From contig JBLNCY010000010.1 in NCBI GenBank assembly GCA_050261115.1, forward strand, positions 32,001 to 96,000: a DNA stretch of 64,000 nucleotides, read 5' to 3'. The notes below the pieces were generated by a model. The model saw only the letters and a list, made by a program, of their open reading frames with translations, searched no databases and had not been told where the DNA came from. Within the stretch, counting starts at the first letter, position 1. Each line of letters starts with the position of its first letter. Positions 19,864 through 30,272 of the stretch are shown here, piece after piece. A program made the position numbers and the translations under genes. This stretch comes from Methanocella sp. GTDB lineage: Archaea; Thermoproteota; Bathyarchaeia; Bathyarchaeales; Bathycorpusculaceae.

Positions 19864-21648
19864 TTACAGATAAGCTTCAGTCACATACCTGCGCATCATA
19901 CGGTGACTGTTAAAGTAGTATGCAACTTTGCCAATCGAGTTCTTCATCAGCCTGATCCATTCGTCTTGGTGGTCATAGAATGTTGGCATGATAACGTACT
20001 CGAGTTTATTGTAGAGGTCGTCAAGCTCCTTACGCAACACCGCTGCGTCGTCAAGAACCTCTTTTGGTTGTGGTCCGATTGCCCAGCCAGTGATGCCCTC
20101 AATCCAGCCTTCAATCCACCAGCCATCCAACACACTAAAGTTGATCACACCGTTATGCGCTGCTTTCATACCGCTGGTGCCCGAAGCCTCCAAAGGACGC
20201 ATGGGGTTATTGAGCCACACATCAACGCCGCCCACCATCTTCGAAGCGATGTCCATGTCATAGTTCTCAAGGTACACAACTTCGATGTCGCCTTTGAGTT
20301 GACGTCCGTAGCTGTAGATTTGCTCGATTAGATGTTTGCCGCCTACATCTCGGGGGTGCGCTTTGCCTGCGAATATGGCTTGGAGTTTAGCTTTTTGGCC
20401 GATGCTACGTAAGCGCTCAAGATTTGAGAACAGCAGGGTAGCGCGTTTGTATTCGGTTGTGCGTCTAGCAAACCCTAGCGTGAAAACATTGGGGTCAAGG
20501 TTGGCGTTAGCGGCTTTGTTGGCGTAGTCGATGAGGGTTTGTTTCTGTTGCTGGTGCGCTTGCCAGATTTCTCCGTCGGGGATCAGGTCTACTTTTGCGA
20601 GGATCTCTGGCTCTATGGCCCAGCCCGGCAGGTACTTATCGAATAGTTTCCGGAAGGCCATGCCAGTCCAAGTGTATGAGTGGACACCATTTGTGACGGC
20701 GTGAATTTGGTAACCGGTGAACATTTTAGCCGAGATTTCTTGATGCCGCTTTGCCACTCCGTTAACATAGTTGCTTAAATTAAGCGCCAACCGCGTCATG
20801 TTAAGGACATCTTGGCCGCCATATTTTTTCAGAACATCCACATCTACGGTGTCAAGCGTCTCCCTTACCAGGTCATAGTGGAACTTATCATGCCCCGCCT
20901 CAACGGGAGTGTGGGTGGTAAAGACGCAGAGTTCCCGGACTTTCTCTACGCAGTAATCATACTTCCGTAGTAACTCAACTGCCAAAAAGCTTGAGTGCCC
21001 CTCGTTCATGTGGTATTTACGTACACTAAACCCTAACGCATCAAGCATTCGCACGCCGCCAAATCCCAGAACGGCTTCCTGTTTTATGCGGTAGCGTTCG
21101 TCTCCGCCGTAGAGGTAATAGGAGATTTCTCGGTCCTGAGGCGCATTGACCTCAAAATCAGTGTCTAAAAAGAGAACGGGAACGATTCCGCCGCCTATGC
21201 TTTGGTACTTGTAGAGCCAAGCTTTAACCTTCACTGTCCGGCCTTCAATGTGCACATTAACCTCGTTAGGCAGAAGCGTCAGTTGATTCTCAGGCGACCA
21301 TAGGTTCTGTAGCTCAATCTGGTGACCGTTTTGGTCGAGTTTCTGCTTAAAATAGTTCCGTCTGCTAATTAAGGTGACTGCAACAAGCGGAAGCTTGAGA
21401 TCGGCGCTTGAGCGTATAGCATCCCCAGCTAACGTGCCTAATCCCCCCGCGTATGTTGGGATTGTGTGGGTTAATCCTACCTCCATCGAGAAATACGCGA
21501 TTTTATGCCCTTTCAGTAAACCCTGTAACTCACTCAACCTATATTCCCTCAAAGCCCTGTAGGATTTGTCCATCGCATAGTTTGTGGCTAAGCGTCTTTC
21601 CCTTTGGATTGGGCTGGGTTTAATATCTACCTTTGGGTGACTATCCAA
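19864..21648 (-). CDS. glgP: Alpha-glucan (glycogen/maltodextrin) phosphorylase
   Basis: YFSMEVG, YAGGLG, HMNEGH, FTTHTP, VTNGVH, EYKR, EASGTSGMK (PLP Lys). Confidence 0.95.
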   Translation of the reverse strand: MDSHPKVDIKPSPIQRERRLATNYAMDKSYRALREYRLSELQGLLKGHKIAYFSMEVGLTHTIPTYAGGLGTLAGDAIRSSADLKLPLVAVTLISRRNYFKQKLDQNGHQIELQNLWSPENQLTLLPNEVNVHIEGRTVKVKAWLYKYQSIGGGIVPVLFLDTDFEVNAPQDREISYYLYGGDERYRIKQEAVLGFGGVRMLDALGFSVRKYHMNEGHSSFLAVELLRKYDYCVEKVRELCVFTTHTPVEAGHDKFHYDLVRETLDTVDVDVLKKYGGQDVLNMTRLALNLSNYVNGVAKRHQEISAKMFTGYQIHAVTNGVHSYTWTGMAFRKLFDKYLPGWAIEPEILAKVDLIPDGEIWQAHQQQKQTLIDYANKAANANLDPNVFTLGFARRTTEYKRATLLFSNLERLRSIGQKAKLQAIFAGKAHPRDVGGKHLIEQIYSYGRQLKGDIEVVYLENYDMDIASKMVGGVDVWLNNPMRPLEASGTSGMKAAHNGVINFSVLDGWWIEGWIEGITGWAIGPQPKEVLDDAAVLRKELDDLYNKLEYVIMPTFYDHQDEWIRLMKNSIGKVAYYFNSHRMMRRYVTEAYL

Positions 21649-21655
21649 AAATAGA

Positions 21656-22798
21656 TTAAGTTAGCGGAGGACGTTCACGTAGCGTGACTTCTACATCAAT
21701 CACTTCGCCGCCTCGCACAACCGTAACTCTTATGACATCACCTGGCAACGTATTTGCTTCAAGGTAGCTTGCGAGGTCATCGTTACTCTTTATTGTTTGA
21801 CCATTTAGGGCGATGATTATGTCGCCGACTTGGATTCTGCCTGCACTTGGGCCCCCACGGACCACTGAAGCGATTTTCCAACCATACGTGACGCTATCGC
21901 CGTTTGCCATAGCTATATCATAGTTCATGTCTCTTCCAGTAACCCCCAGGTAGGAGTGTCCCCGGTATGTACCTGTGGTAATTAAGGAACCGATTTCTCG
22001 CAGAATGGTGCTTGAGGGTATGGCAAAGCCTAGACCCTGTGAATTGCTGACTATGGCGGTGGTTATGCCGACGACGTTGCCCATGGCGTTTAAGAGTAAG
22101 CCGCCAGAGTTGCCGGGGTTAATGGCTGTGTTGGTTTGGATGACGTTTGCAATCGAGTACCCGCCGGTGGTTTCCTCAGTTATGCTCCTTCCGACTGCGC
22201 TAACGATGCCTGTTGTCATGGAACCGACAAGGCCATAGGGGTTTCCGATTGCTATTACCGTTTCACCTACCCGCAGGTTTGAAGAGCTAACAATGGTTAT
22301 GGGTACAAATTCTGAGTCCGGCGCTTGGGGAACGGAAAGAACCGCTAGGTCCGCGTATGGATCGGCGCCTAGTATTGTGGCGTAGTAGCCTCTGCCGTTT
22401 GCAAAGGTGACACTTAGGCTTGTGGTGTCGTCGACTACGTGGTTGTTGGTTATTATGACGTTTTGTCCTTGATAGTTATAGACAAACCCTGATCCCTGTA
22501 CGCTTCTCCCATCGTTGCTTTGACCTTTTATCAAGACAACTGAATCTTTCACCATAGCATACAAATCCGCTAATGATGTTCCGTTCTCTGGGATTATGGT
22601 GATGTTTTGGTAGGTGGCATTACTTGTGCCCTCTAAAACTGAAACAGCGGTTTTTAACTCAGATACTTGGGTACCCAGAGTGGTTATCTGCCGATAGTTA
22701 ACATAGAACATCAGCAATCCGCCAACCATTAATCCCGTGACAAACAGCAAAATCAGGATGCTAGCGGATGTCTTCTTAGCAGATTCAGACGCATACAT
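21656..22798 (-). CDS. HtrA/DegP-like membrane-anchored serine protease with PDZ domain
   Basis: TNNHVV, DLAVL, NPGNSGG triad; C-terminal PDZ (GDIIIALNG). Confidence 0.93.
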   Translation of the reverse strand: MYASESAKKTSASILILLFVTGLMVGGLLMFYVNYRQITTLGTQVSELKTAVSVLEGTSNATYQNITIIPENGTSLADLYAMVKDSVVLIKGQSNDGRSVQGSGFVYNYQGQNVIITNNHVVDDTTSLSVTFANGRGYYATILGADPYADLAVLSVPQAPDSEFVPITIVSSSNLRVGETVIAIGNPYGLVGSMTTGIVSAVGRSITEETTGGYSIANVIQTNTAINPGNSGGLLLNAMGNVVGITTAIVSNSQGLGFAIPSSTILREIGSLITTGTYRGHSYLGVTGRDMNYDIAMANGDSVTYGWKIASVVRGGPSAGRIQVGDIIIALNGQTIKSNDDLASYLEANTLPGDVIRVTVVRGGEVIDVEVTLRERPPLT

Positions 22799-22848
22799 AG
22801 AGTCATGCCTTAAAAGAGGATAAAAGAAAAAGAAAATAAAAGTTCCTA

Positions 22849-23850
22849 TTATCGGCGATCGATAAGGTCTAACGCTTCAGGACCAGTTCCAATCAAGGTA
22901 ACCGGTACACCGGTTCGTTTTTCAACTTCTTTTATGAAGTCTTTAGCGTCCGTCGTCAAATCATCGAACTTGCGGGCACCCTTTATGCTGGGGAACAACA
23001 CATCAAGCTTTGTAAGCGCCGCTTGTGTTGCACCGTTAATTTTTGCGGTTTTCTTTGCTAAGTCAAAGTCAAAGGGGGCAGAGCGACGGTCGCGACCTGT
23101 GCCTGCGGCGGTCTCAAACCAGCCGCGCTTCTGAGCTTCTTCTTTGCTGATTTCACCAGGCAAGGGGCCTCCGCCTACACGGGTAATGAATGACTTGTAA
23201 ACAATTATGACGTCGTCAACTCTTGTGGGGCCTACACCTGCTTCGGAGGCAATGGCTGATGCGCCTGTGTCGCGGCCGGTAACATAGGGGTAGCCGCCGC
23301 TTAGGAATAGTGAAAGCATGAAGCCTTGGGTGCCTTCCAATATGACGCTTTTTCCCTCATCTAGGCCGTCGTTGACTTCTTGGATGCCGTCACAGAGAAA
23401 CGCTTTAAGTTCCGGCATGTCTTTTGCGAGTTTAGCGGTGCGCCTGACGCGTTCCTCGAGTGCGGGTCCAACGCCCCATCCTGTGGTGCCGATGCCTTTG
23501 TTGACTGCTGAGGCTTTATCTTGGTCACTGTGCTTCTGCTCAATAATGGAAGCGTTTTGGTCTATGCCGACACGTTTAGGGTCGACTTTGGTGAGTTCCA
23601 TTTCTTTTTGGAATTGACCGATGTGAACGTTTGAACCTGCCGCGACCAGTAGCCGGGTCTTTGGGTTTATGAAACCAGCGGGCACCATGTGAAGAGCATA
23701 TTTTTGGCCTTCATACCAAACGGTGTGGGCTGCGTTTACTGATCCAGTTCTTACACAAAAATCAAGGTTATCTTTGAGGGCTAGATATGAGATTATTTTT
23801 CCTTTGCCTTCGTCTCCCCAGAAGGCGCCGACGATTACTGAACAAGGCAT
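22849..23850 (-). CDS. purA: Adenylosuccinate synthetase (short archaeal form)
   Basis: WGDEGKGK, GTTGWGVGP, EGTQG, YPYVT, TKLDVL. Confidence 0.96.
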   Translation of the reverse strand: MPCSVIVGAFWGDEGKGKIISYLALKDNLDFCVRTGSVNAAHTVWYEGQKYALHMVPAGFINPKTRLLVAAGSNVHIGQFQKEMELTKVDPKRVGIDQNASIIEQKHSDQDKASAVNKGIGTTGWGVGPALEERVRRTAKLAKDMPELKAFLCDGIQEVNDGLDEGKSVILEGTQGFMLSLFLSGGYPYVTGRDTGASAIASEAGVGPTRVDDVIIVYKSFITRVGGGPLPGEISKEEAQKRGWFETAAGTGRDRRSAPFDFDLAKKTAKINGATQAALTKLDVLFPSIKGARKFDDLTTDAKDFIKEVEKRTGVPVTLIGTGPEALDLIDRR

Positions 23851-23874
23851 GACTATTACCCTCTACAAGTCATC

Positions 23875-24087
23875 TTAGGGCTTATTTAAAGTTGTAGATT
23901 TAGAAAGGCTGGTCTTTGTGCTGGTATCTTGACTTATCAGTTCAGCTAATCGGTAGGTTATGAAGCCTGAGAAGCTTCGTATGCCCCGTTTTATGGTGTA
24001 CTCCTCTTTTACCCTTAACCATTCATCAAAGAAATATTGGTAAACTTCAGTCTTTACAGTAATTGTTTTGAACCCTTTTTTTGGCGT
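23875..24087 (-). CDS. Small ribbon-helix-helix-like protein with probable ACG start (not in ORF track)
   Basis: (M)PKKGFKTITVKTEVYQYFFDEWLRVKEEYTIKRGIRSFSGFITYRLAELI...; AGAGGGG SD and TATA upstream; no in-frame ATG/GTG/TTG. Confidence 0.65.
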   Translation of the reverse strand, partial: TPKKGFKTITVKTEVYQYFFDEWLRVKEEYTIKRGIRSFSGFITYRLAELISQDTSTKTSLSKSTTLNKP

Positions 24088-24255
24088 GCAATGTTCCCCT
24101 CTATGGATAGTAACCGAGGGTACGTTTATTTAAGGTTTAACAGGGTTTGCTGTACTTTACGGGAATCTCGATTTACCGTTAATTATATATTCCAATAAGT
24201 ACCGTACTGTACGGAAGAAGATTAAAGCAAACAACGCCCCCTTGGAGTCGAGCAA

Positions 24256-24423
24256 ATGCCGATTCGCATAATTCAAAGTAACGACCGCGCCGCGGAAGTA
24301 CAATACGTATGCGATCACTGCGGCAAACCCATCAAAACTAGTGTAATCTCTAAAAAAGAAGCAGAACAACAAAAAAACCAGCCAGTGTCCTGCTGGCAAT
24401 GCAAACAAGCAAAAACAAAATAA
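24256..24423 (+). CDS. 55-aa zinc-finger microprotein (not in ORF track)
   Basis: MPIRIIQSNDRAAEVQYVCDHCGKPIK...PVSCWQCKQAKTK*; CxxC...CxxC; GGAG SD. Confidence 0.7.
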   Translation: MPIRIIQSNDRAAEVQYVCDHCGKPIKTSVISKKEAEQQKNQPVSCWQCKQAKTK

Positions 24424-24427
24424 TAAC

Positions 24428-24805
24428 TCAACGACGCTGGGCAGCTTCGGTATCGATTACTTCAAGAAGTCGAACCACCCGCTTACCCTTGACAATTTTT
24501 TCCTGCTCAGTGATGGTGTTAGCTGCTTCACAAATTGAATCTATCACCACACCCTTATCTTCATCAACGATAACCGGATAAACACGGCAGCCAGAGGGTC
24601 GAGAAAGGTACACACTACACCTGTTGCTGGCTCGGTCGTAGAAGACGCAGTAGCCTTCGCGGTTTCTCAGAAACGCGTAGCCATACTTGTCATAGCGCAC
24701 GAACTGCTTTTTACGGTATCCCCTGTCCTTTAAGCGCTTGATGTCCTTTTTTGAGAGGAGCATCTCCGTTTCTGTACAGCATACACCGCAATGTGAGCAA
24801 TCCAT
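24428..24805 (-). CDS. YkgJ family cysteine-cluster protein
   Basis: CSHCGVCC, CVFYD, CSVYLSRPSGCRVYP. Confidence 0.9.
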   Translation of the reverse strand: MDCSHCGVCCTETEMLLSKKDIKRLKDRGYRKKQFVRYDKYGYAFLRNREGYCVFYDRASNRCSVYLSRPSGCRVYPVIVDEDKGVVIDSICEAANTITEQEKIVKGKRVVRLLEVIDTEAAQRR

Positions 24806-24856
24806 AGTCGCTGATAATCAGTGGCGCTATTTCTACATTTATATCCGATCACGCGG

Positions 24857-25093
24857 TTAGACCATGATTTTCATGATGTTAGCGTTTAGCATTTCAGCGT
24901 ATGCTATGCTCTTTAGCGGTATCCGGATTGCCTTTCGGTTGCCTAGGCTGTACTCGATTTGGTTGTTGTTTTTGCCCGCACATTTGCATAGCTTTGTTAG
25001 TTGAACGTTTACGATTACTGCGCCGTCCTTTAGGTGAAGGTTTACTTTTTTTCCGATGTAGGATTTTGCGCTGTTGGCGCTGAAGCTCTCCAT
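24857..25093 (-). CDS. Small hypothetical protein (Sm/LSm-like beta fold possible)
   Basis: YIGKKVNLHLKDGAVIVNV; ATG at 25093 immediately after the upstream stop. Confidence 0.65.
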   Translation of the reverse strand: MESFSANSAKSYIGKKVNLHLKDGAVIVNVQLTKLCKCAGKNNNQIEYSLGNRKAIRIPLKSIAYAEMLNANIMKIMV

Positions 25094-25094
25094 T

Positions 25095-25226
25095 TCACCA
25101 GTCCTCATCTGCGATTTTGATCCAGCATTGCTGGCATATCGGTAGGTTTTGGCCTTTCATTTGGATGTATAGTTTTATGTCTTCGCTTTTGCAGCCGTCC
25201 TTCCATGGATTTCTACAATGTTCCAT
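25095..25226 (-). CDS. 43-aa Cys-rich zinc-finger microprotein (not in ORF track)
   Basis: MEHCRNPWKDGCKSEDIKLYIQMKGQNLPICQQCWIKIADEDW*; GGTGA SD. Confidence 0.7.
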   Translation of the reverse strand: MEHCRNPWKDGCKSEDIKLYIQMKGQNLPICQQCWIKIADEDW

Positions 25227-25342
25227 ATTTTGTCACCAGGTTGAGGTGTAGCGTTTTCTGCTTTTAAGGCGGAGGCTAAAGCTACATTGGGGTGCTGGGG
25301 AGGGGTGACTGAAAGTAAACCTTAAAAGATGTAGGCGCTAAA

Positions 25343-25801
25343 ATGTTAGTAGTGGTTTTTATGGACATTTATACAATAATAGGCACAGCAAGCCTGATTA
25401 TCCAAATCATCGTTTTTGCTATGCTTCTTTTAGGCTACGGCTATAAACGTAGCTTCAAGTTCCGAAAGCACGGTGTCATCATGGCGGGCGCTGTCTTTCT
25501 ACATTTGGTGACCATTCTTGTGATTATGATTCCGTCGTTTGCTTTGGCGGTTCTGCCAGAATTCATAATCCCCGAACCGCTCATGACTATTTCTCTGGTA
25601 GGCTTGATTCATGGAATTACTGGTGTATTGGCGGTTGTGTTGGGACTCTATTTGGTGGCCGCATGGGGCTTCCGCGCTGACGTTAAAGGTTGCTATCGCC
25701 GAAAACAAACTATGCGCTTAACATTAATTGTATGGCTGATCTCTTTGATTCTAGGCGTCGTACTTTATGCTTTGTTCTATGGACCTCTTTTAATTGGCTA
25801 G
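25343..25801 (+). CDS. DUF420-like four-TM membrane protein
   Basis: Four TM helices with His residues (RKHG, FLHL, LIHG). Confidence 0.7.
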   Translation: MLVVVFMDIYTIIGTASLIIQIIVFAMLLLGYGYKRSFKFRKHGVIMAGAVFLHLVTILVIMIPSFALAVLPEFIIPEPLMTISLVGLIHGITGVLAVVLGLYLVAAWGFRADVKGCYRRKQTMRLTLIVWLISLILGVVLYALFYGPLLIG

Positions 25802-26358
25802 ATTTCTATGATTTCTGGCTCAATCGCGGCTCTGGTGATTTTTAGAACACCCACCGAGGTCTTGCCCAAAGGCGACGCAGGAACAGTGGCGCTGCCTGGA
25901 TTAATGTAGAGCGTCTTACCCTCCCATTTAATGTCTGCCACATGCGTGTGGCCATATACGAAAACGTCAAAGCCATGTTCCTTAACCAATTCACGCATCT
26001 TGGTTAAGCCAAATGCGATGTCAGGGTCATGCATTACTCCAATTTTCCAATCAAACACCTTCAGGGTGTTTAACCGTGGTAGCGCGCCTACGATGTCTAT
26101 TCCGTCCATGTTGCCATGAACCGCCAGAACCGGCGCAAGCGTTTCAAGCTCCTCGACCACCGCTAGCTCCACGAGGTCCCCTGCATGAATAATGAAGTTT
26201 ACGCTCATGTCCTTGAATACTTCAAGTACTTTTGGCGGAAGGCTATACACTTTTTTGGGGACATGGGTGTCAGAGATTAAGCCGACCATTTTTGTGGGGT
26301 TGAGGTTGGGTGGCTCTTTTGCTACTAAATTGGTGGTTCCAGCAAACATTATGTGCAT
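25798..26358 (-). CDS. Metallophosphoesterase (YfcE/MJ0936 family)
   Basis: ISDTH, HAGD, VHGNMD, YGHTH, INPGS. Confidence 0.92.
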   Translation of the reverse strand: MHIMFAGTTNLVAKEPPNLNPTKMVGLISDTHVPKKVYSLPPKVLEVFKDMSVNFIIHAGDLVELAVVEELETLAPVLAVHGNMDGIDIVGALPRLNTLKVFDWKIGVMHDPDIAFGLTKMRELVKEHGFDVFVYGHTHVADIKWEGKTLYINPGSATVPASPLGKTSVGVLKITRAAIEPEIIEI

Positions 26359-26432
26359 CTCGACGAGCGATTGCCTGAACTCATAGAGAGATGTGTGTGT
26401 ATATAAAAATAGATTGTTCCTAAGCATAGTGC

Positions 26433-27809
26433 TTAGGTTAGAAAGCGTTTTACGGCTTCATAGAGTACGCTTGTGCCCCAAACTAGGTTCTCGATGGTTA
26501 TCCGTTCGTCTATGCCATGCATGCGTTTCTCGAGTAAATGGACGGGTTCGTCAGGGCGCATTGGGTGAAAGCCATAGGCTATGCTTCCCATGTCACGGAA
26601 GAAGTGTGAGTCGGTGCCGCCGGTTATCATGCTGGGGGCGATGCCGCAGTCTGGCTCTAATTCGCGTAGTACGCTGGTGATGGCGCTGTATAGTGGGGTG
26701 TTGGTGGTGGATTCGTTGCCGTCGTGCATCTGGAGGATTTCGAAGCTTAACTTGTCTAAGCCGACCTCTTTGAGTAGGTCTTTGATTGTTGCTAGGGTTT
26801 CTTCTACGCTTTGGCCTGGTAGTACTCGGCAGTCAAATGTGACTTCGCATTCGGAGGGTATGATGTTTTCTTTGCATCCGCCGCTAGCTATAGTGGGAGT
26901 TATAGTTGTTCTTGTTCTCGGTCGGATTTCTTCTGCTAAGGGTTTGTCTTTTTTTGCGATTCTGTCAAGGATTTGGTCGCTTCCTTCGGGGTTATTTAGC
27001 AGGTCCGTGAGGTCTTCGCGGAGGTTGGGGTTTATGCGGGCTACTTCTGCTAGGTATTCTTTTAGTGTTGGTACGTAGACGGTTTGGGGTTTGTAGGCGT
27101 CTAGTTTAGCTATGACTTTGCTTATGCGTAGGATGGCGTTGTCGGCTGTGTTGGGCATAGAGCCGTGTCCAGGGGAGCCTTTTGCTTTGATTTTCAGCCA
27201 CAGAATCCCTTTTTCGGCGGTCTGGATGGGGTAGACGTTTACGTTGTTTTGGGGCATGGCTAAGCCGCCGCCCTCGTTTATGATGTAGGGGCACCAGACT
27301 TTGTCTTTGTGATGCTTTAGTAGCCATTCTGCGCCCTGTGCACCGCCTTTTTCTTCGTCTGCGGTTGCTGCGAGTACTATGTCGCCTTTTATGGGGATGT
27401 TATTTTTCTTGAGAAGTTTTAAGGTGAATACTTCGATTGCGGTCATGCCTTTCATGTCGTAGGCTCCTCGGCCATAGACGTAGCCGTCTTTTACTAAGCC
27501 ATCAAAGGGCGGAACGGACCATTCGGCGGGGTTGGCGGCGACTACGTCTAGGTGGGATAGTAGTAGGAGGTTGGGTTTTTCGCCTGTGCCTTTGAGTCGG
27601 GTTATTATGCTGCCTCGTCCGGGGCTAGATTCTAAGATTTCTGATTCGAAACCGTCTTTTGCTAGGTATTGGGCTAGGTATTTGGCTGCGGCGGTTTCGT
27701 TGCCGGGAGGGTTGGTTGTGTTTATACGTATTAATTCTGATAGGAATGTTGTAATGTCTGATTCAATTTCTTCCAATATTTTAATGGTCAAGATATGTCT
27801 GCTCCACAA
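26433..27809 (-). CDS. M20 family metallopeptidase/deacylase
   Basis: SHLDVV, GRGAYDMKG, DEEKGG, GHGSMP, GGTDS, HGIDER. Confidence 0.93.
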   Translation of the reverse strand: MWSRHILTIKILEEIESDITTFLSELIRINTTNPPGNETAAAKYLAQYLAKDGFESEILESSPGRGSIITRLKGTGEKPNLLLLSHLDVVAANPAEWSVPPFDGLVKDGYVYGRGAYDMKGMTAIEVFTLKLLKKNNIPIKGDIVLAATADEEKGGAQGAEWLLKHHKDKVWCPYIINEGGGLAMPQNNVNVYPIQTAEKGILWLKIKAKGSPGHGSMPNTADNAILRISKVIAKLDAYKPQTVYVPTLKEYLAEVARINPNLREDLTDLLNNPEGSDQILDRIAKKDKPLAEEIRPRTRTTITPTIASGGCKENIIPSECEVTFDCRVLPGQSVEETLATIKDLLKEVGLDKLSFEILQMHDGNESTTNTPLYSAITSVLRELEPDCGIAPSMITGGTDSHFFRDMGSIAYGFHPMRPDEPVHLLEKRMHGIDERITIENLVWGTSVLYEAVKRFLT

Positions 27810-27940
27810 GTCTTTTATTTTATTTATTATTTCTTATCTTGTTGCTGATGCCTGCTGAATTAGGGTAGTTTTTTGATAATTAAACATGTAGGTTTAAATA
27901 GTATCGCAAAAATTGCTAATGAACAAAAAATATTCATGAG

Positions 27941-28465
27941 TTGAGTACTATGAAAGAGCTAAAACCAATTGACTACAAGATTCTGTTCGAGCTCATGAAA
28001 GACTCTCACAGAAGCGACCGCCAACTAGCTAAAGCCTTAGGAGTCTCTCAGCCAACGGTAACCCGAAGACGTGCCATGCTTGAAGAAAACTTTATCGAAG
28101 GTTACACTGTGATCCCCAAATTTGGCCAAATCGGGTTTGAGATTGCAGCCATCACTTTTCTTAAAAGTAAACTAAAGTATGAAACCGGCGAGGGTAGAGC
28201 AAAGGCATTACAGAAAATGAAAGAATGGTACATGAAGCAAACCAACGTCATTATGGTTATCGATGGCAGAGGTATGGGTTATGATGCATGCTGCATCTCT
28301 CTGCATGAAAACTTTGCTAGCTTCGCCGACTTTATTAGGGCACATGACTCAGAACTATCTGAATTTGTTGTTGAGAGCCAAACCTTTAATGCTGACCTTA
28401 AAGGCGGCATAGTCATAAAGCCCTTCCACCTCAAATACCTCGCCGCTTCTCAGAAACAGCAATAA
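27941..28465 (+). CDS. Lrp/AsnC family transcriptional regulator
   Basis: DYKILFELMKDSHRSDRQLAKALGVSQPTVTRRR HTH; IEGYTVIP. Confidence 0.9.
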   Translation: MSTMKELKPIDYKILFELMKDSHRSDRQLAKALGVSQPTVTRRRAMLEENFIEGYTVIPKFGQIGFEIAAITFLKSKLKYETGEGRAKALQKMKEWYMKQTNVIMVIDGRGMGYDACCISLHENFASFADFIRAHDSELSEFVVESQTFNADLKGGIVIKPFHLKYLAASQKQQ

Positions 28466-28670
28466 GCCGCTTAAATCCCCATTATCCTTTTTTGTATTCT
28501 CATACCCATTGCTAAAGTGGTTTTTTTGGTTTAGGCTTGGTTTGAGCCTTTTTGGGTGTTTCTTGGGTAGCTTGGTTTCTCTACATTGGTCGCATCTACA
28601 GCCATAGCTAGCCAAAAAGTCGCTTTTGATACTATAAAATAAGATTAGATGTTAGAGGTATGTTGGGTGC

Positions 28671-29105
28671 TTATTTCTTTTTCCAGCTTTTGCCCCATTT
28701 AAAGAAGCTAGTAGGAGTTATCTTGATGATTGGGACATCATCCGTGTCTTTCCATCCACCCGCTTCTGTGCGGTACTCTGGGTACTTTTCTTTTAGAAGC
28801 TCATGTGCATAGCTGTATTCTTTGCCGCTGCTAAGTATCTCGGCTTCGCCTTGGATGCGGATGCCTCTAATGTTTGACCAGTTGTTTGGGTCGTAGTCGT
28901 CGATGACTAAGGATACTTGTGGGTTGGATTCGATGTGTTCTAGCTTGGGGGTATCTGGGTCGGATGCAAAGTAGAAGTAGACGCCGTCGAAGACTGGCCA
29001 GACTGGTCGCACTACGGGTTCGCAATCCTCCGTCGCTGTTGCTAGACGTCCTACTGGCAATTCGGAGATGAATGTTTTATCGGATTTGGATAGTTTTATT
29101 CCCAT
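28671..29105 (-). CDS. Pyridoxamine 5'-phosphate oxidase-like (FMN/F420 split-barrel) protein
   Basis: VGRLATA, PVVRPVW, KLEHIESNPQVSLVID, GIRIQGEA. Confidence 0.88.
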   Translation of the reverse strand: MGIKLSKSDKTFISELPVGRLATATEDCEPVVRPVWPVFDGVYFYFASDPDTPKLEHIESNPQVSLVIDDYDPNNWSNIRGIRIQGEAEILSSGKEYSYAHELLKEKYPEYRTEAGGWKDTDDVPIIKITPTSFFKWGKSWKKK

Positions 29106-29249
29106 TTAACCACACACTGGGTTTTTGAACCTGTCTGAATAGTTTACAGGTCTTCCTTTTAAAACTTAATGCTTCAAAGAAACAGGGTTACGTGGCTGAG
29201 GAGCTGATGAAAAGCCGATGTTTTAGGCAGCAAGAAGAGGAGATAGTCG

Positions 29250-30020
29250 TTATTTCGGGTTAAAGTATTGTATCAGTAGGTCTTCCATGGAGTAGAATCC
29301 TTTTTCTCTACCCATGAGGTTGATTGCTGCGAACAATGCGCCGTTTCCAAAGGCTTCTCGCTGTATTGATTCATGAATTAACCTTACCGTCTGGTATGGG
29401 AAGCCGAAAATGATTTCATGGCGACCTACAATGCCGCCTGCCCTGACCGATTTTATATTTGCCTTAGGCAGATCCAATACTTCGGTTATTTTTATGGCCG
29501 TGCCAGAAGTCTCTTGTTTATTCTTGAAGTGCTCCTCGATGATTTCTATATCCGTGTAGGGTGCGATGTTTTTTAGGGTTTTAGCTGCTAGCATCAAAAA
29601 GTTTATTCCGATTGTTATGTTAGGTGACCATAGTACTCTTGTTTTTTGTGATAGTTCTTTTAAGTATTCGATTGTTTGTGGCGGGTATGCTGATATTGCA
29701 GTGACTATGGCTATGCCTCTTTTAGCTGCTTCTTCCCCGTAATAATATATGGCCTCAGAACAGGAAAAATCTATTATGGCATCAACCGGGTGCTTGTCAA
29801 GTAATTGTTGGGGCGTCCATTCATCTTTTGGGCATATTAATCCTTGACAGCTTCCCGCTTCCTTTTCTCTTATGCCTAGAAACTCGGATACTGAACGGTG
29901 TTCTAAACACTTCGTTTTCCTAATTACCCAACAAAGGTAAACTCGCTCGTTTTGCAGAAGCACAGTTGCGACTGCTTTGCCAGCTCTACCAAATCCAAAA
30001 AGCCCTACTCTCATTTCCAA
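29250..30020 (-). CDS. dapB: 4-hydroxy-tetrahydrodipicolinate reductase-like protein
   Basis: GLFGFGRAG Rossmann, IIDFS, WSPNITIG, EEHFKNKQETSGTA, VRAGGIVGRHEI, REAFGNGAL. Confidence 0.8.
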   Translation of the reverse strand: MEMRVGLFGFGRAGKAVATVLLQNERVYLCWVIRKTKCLEHRSVSEFLGIREKEAGSCQGLICPKDEWTPQQLLDKHPVDAIIDFSCSEAIYYYGEEAAKRGIAIVTAISAYPPQTIEYLKELSQKTRVLWSPNITIGINFLMLAAKTLKNIAPYTDIEIIEEHFKNKQETSGTAIKITEVLDLPKANIKSVRAGGIVGRHEIIFGFPYQTVRLIHESIQREAFGNGALFAAINLMGREKGFYSMEDLLIQYFNPK

Positions 30021-30272
30021 TCGACTGCTTTATACACCTGATATTTTTTAAATCTAGCGGATTCCAGCCATTAGCGCCCAAAGATACCAAGCATAGTATT
30101 CTTGAAGCACGTAAATTGCCTGTTAAACAAAATAAAGCAACGCTACGTCTTTATTACTACAACATTTCCATGCACTGAAGCGCTCTTTCAACTATTCATG
30201 ACGTTATTCTCATAGCACTATAAGCCACCAAAATAGCGGGAAAGAGTACTTTTTCGAGGGTTTATGGGTGCC

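Noticed and set aside
28355-28615. 86-aa ORF with CRCDQC
   Set aside because: Overlaps the Lrp 3' end, is low-complexity and has no second Cys pair; insufficient support
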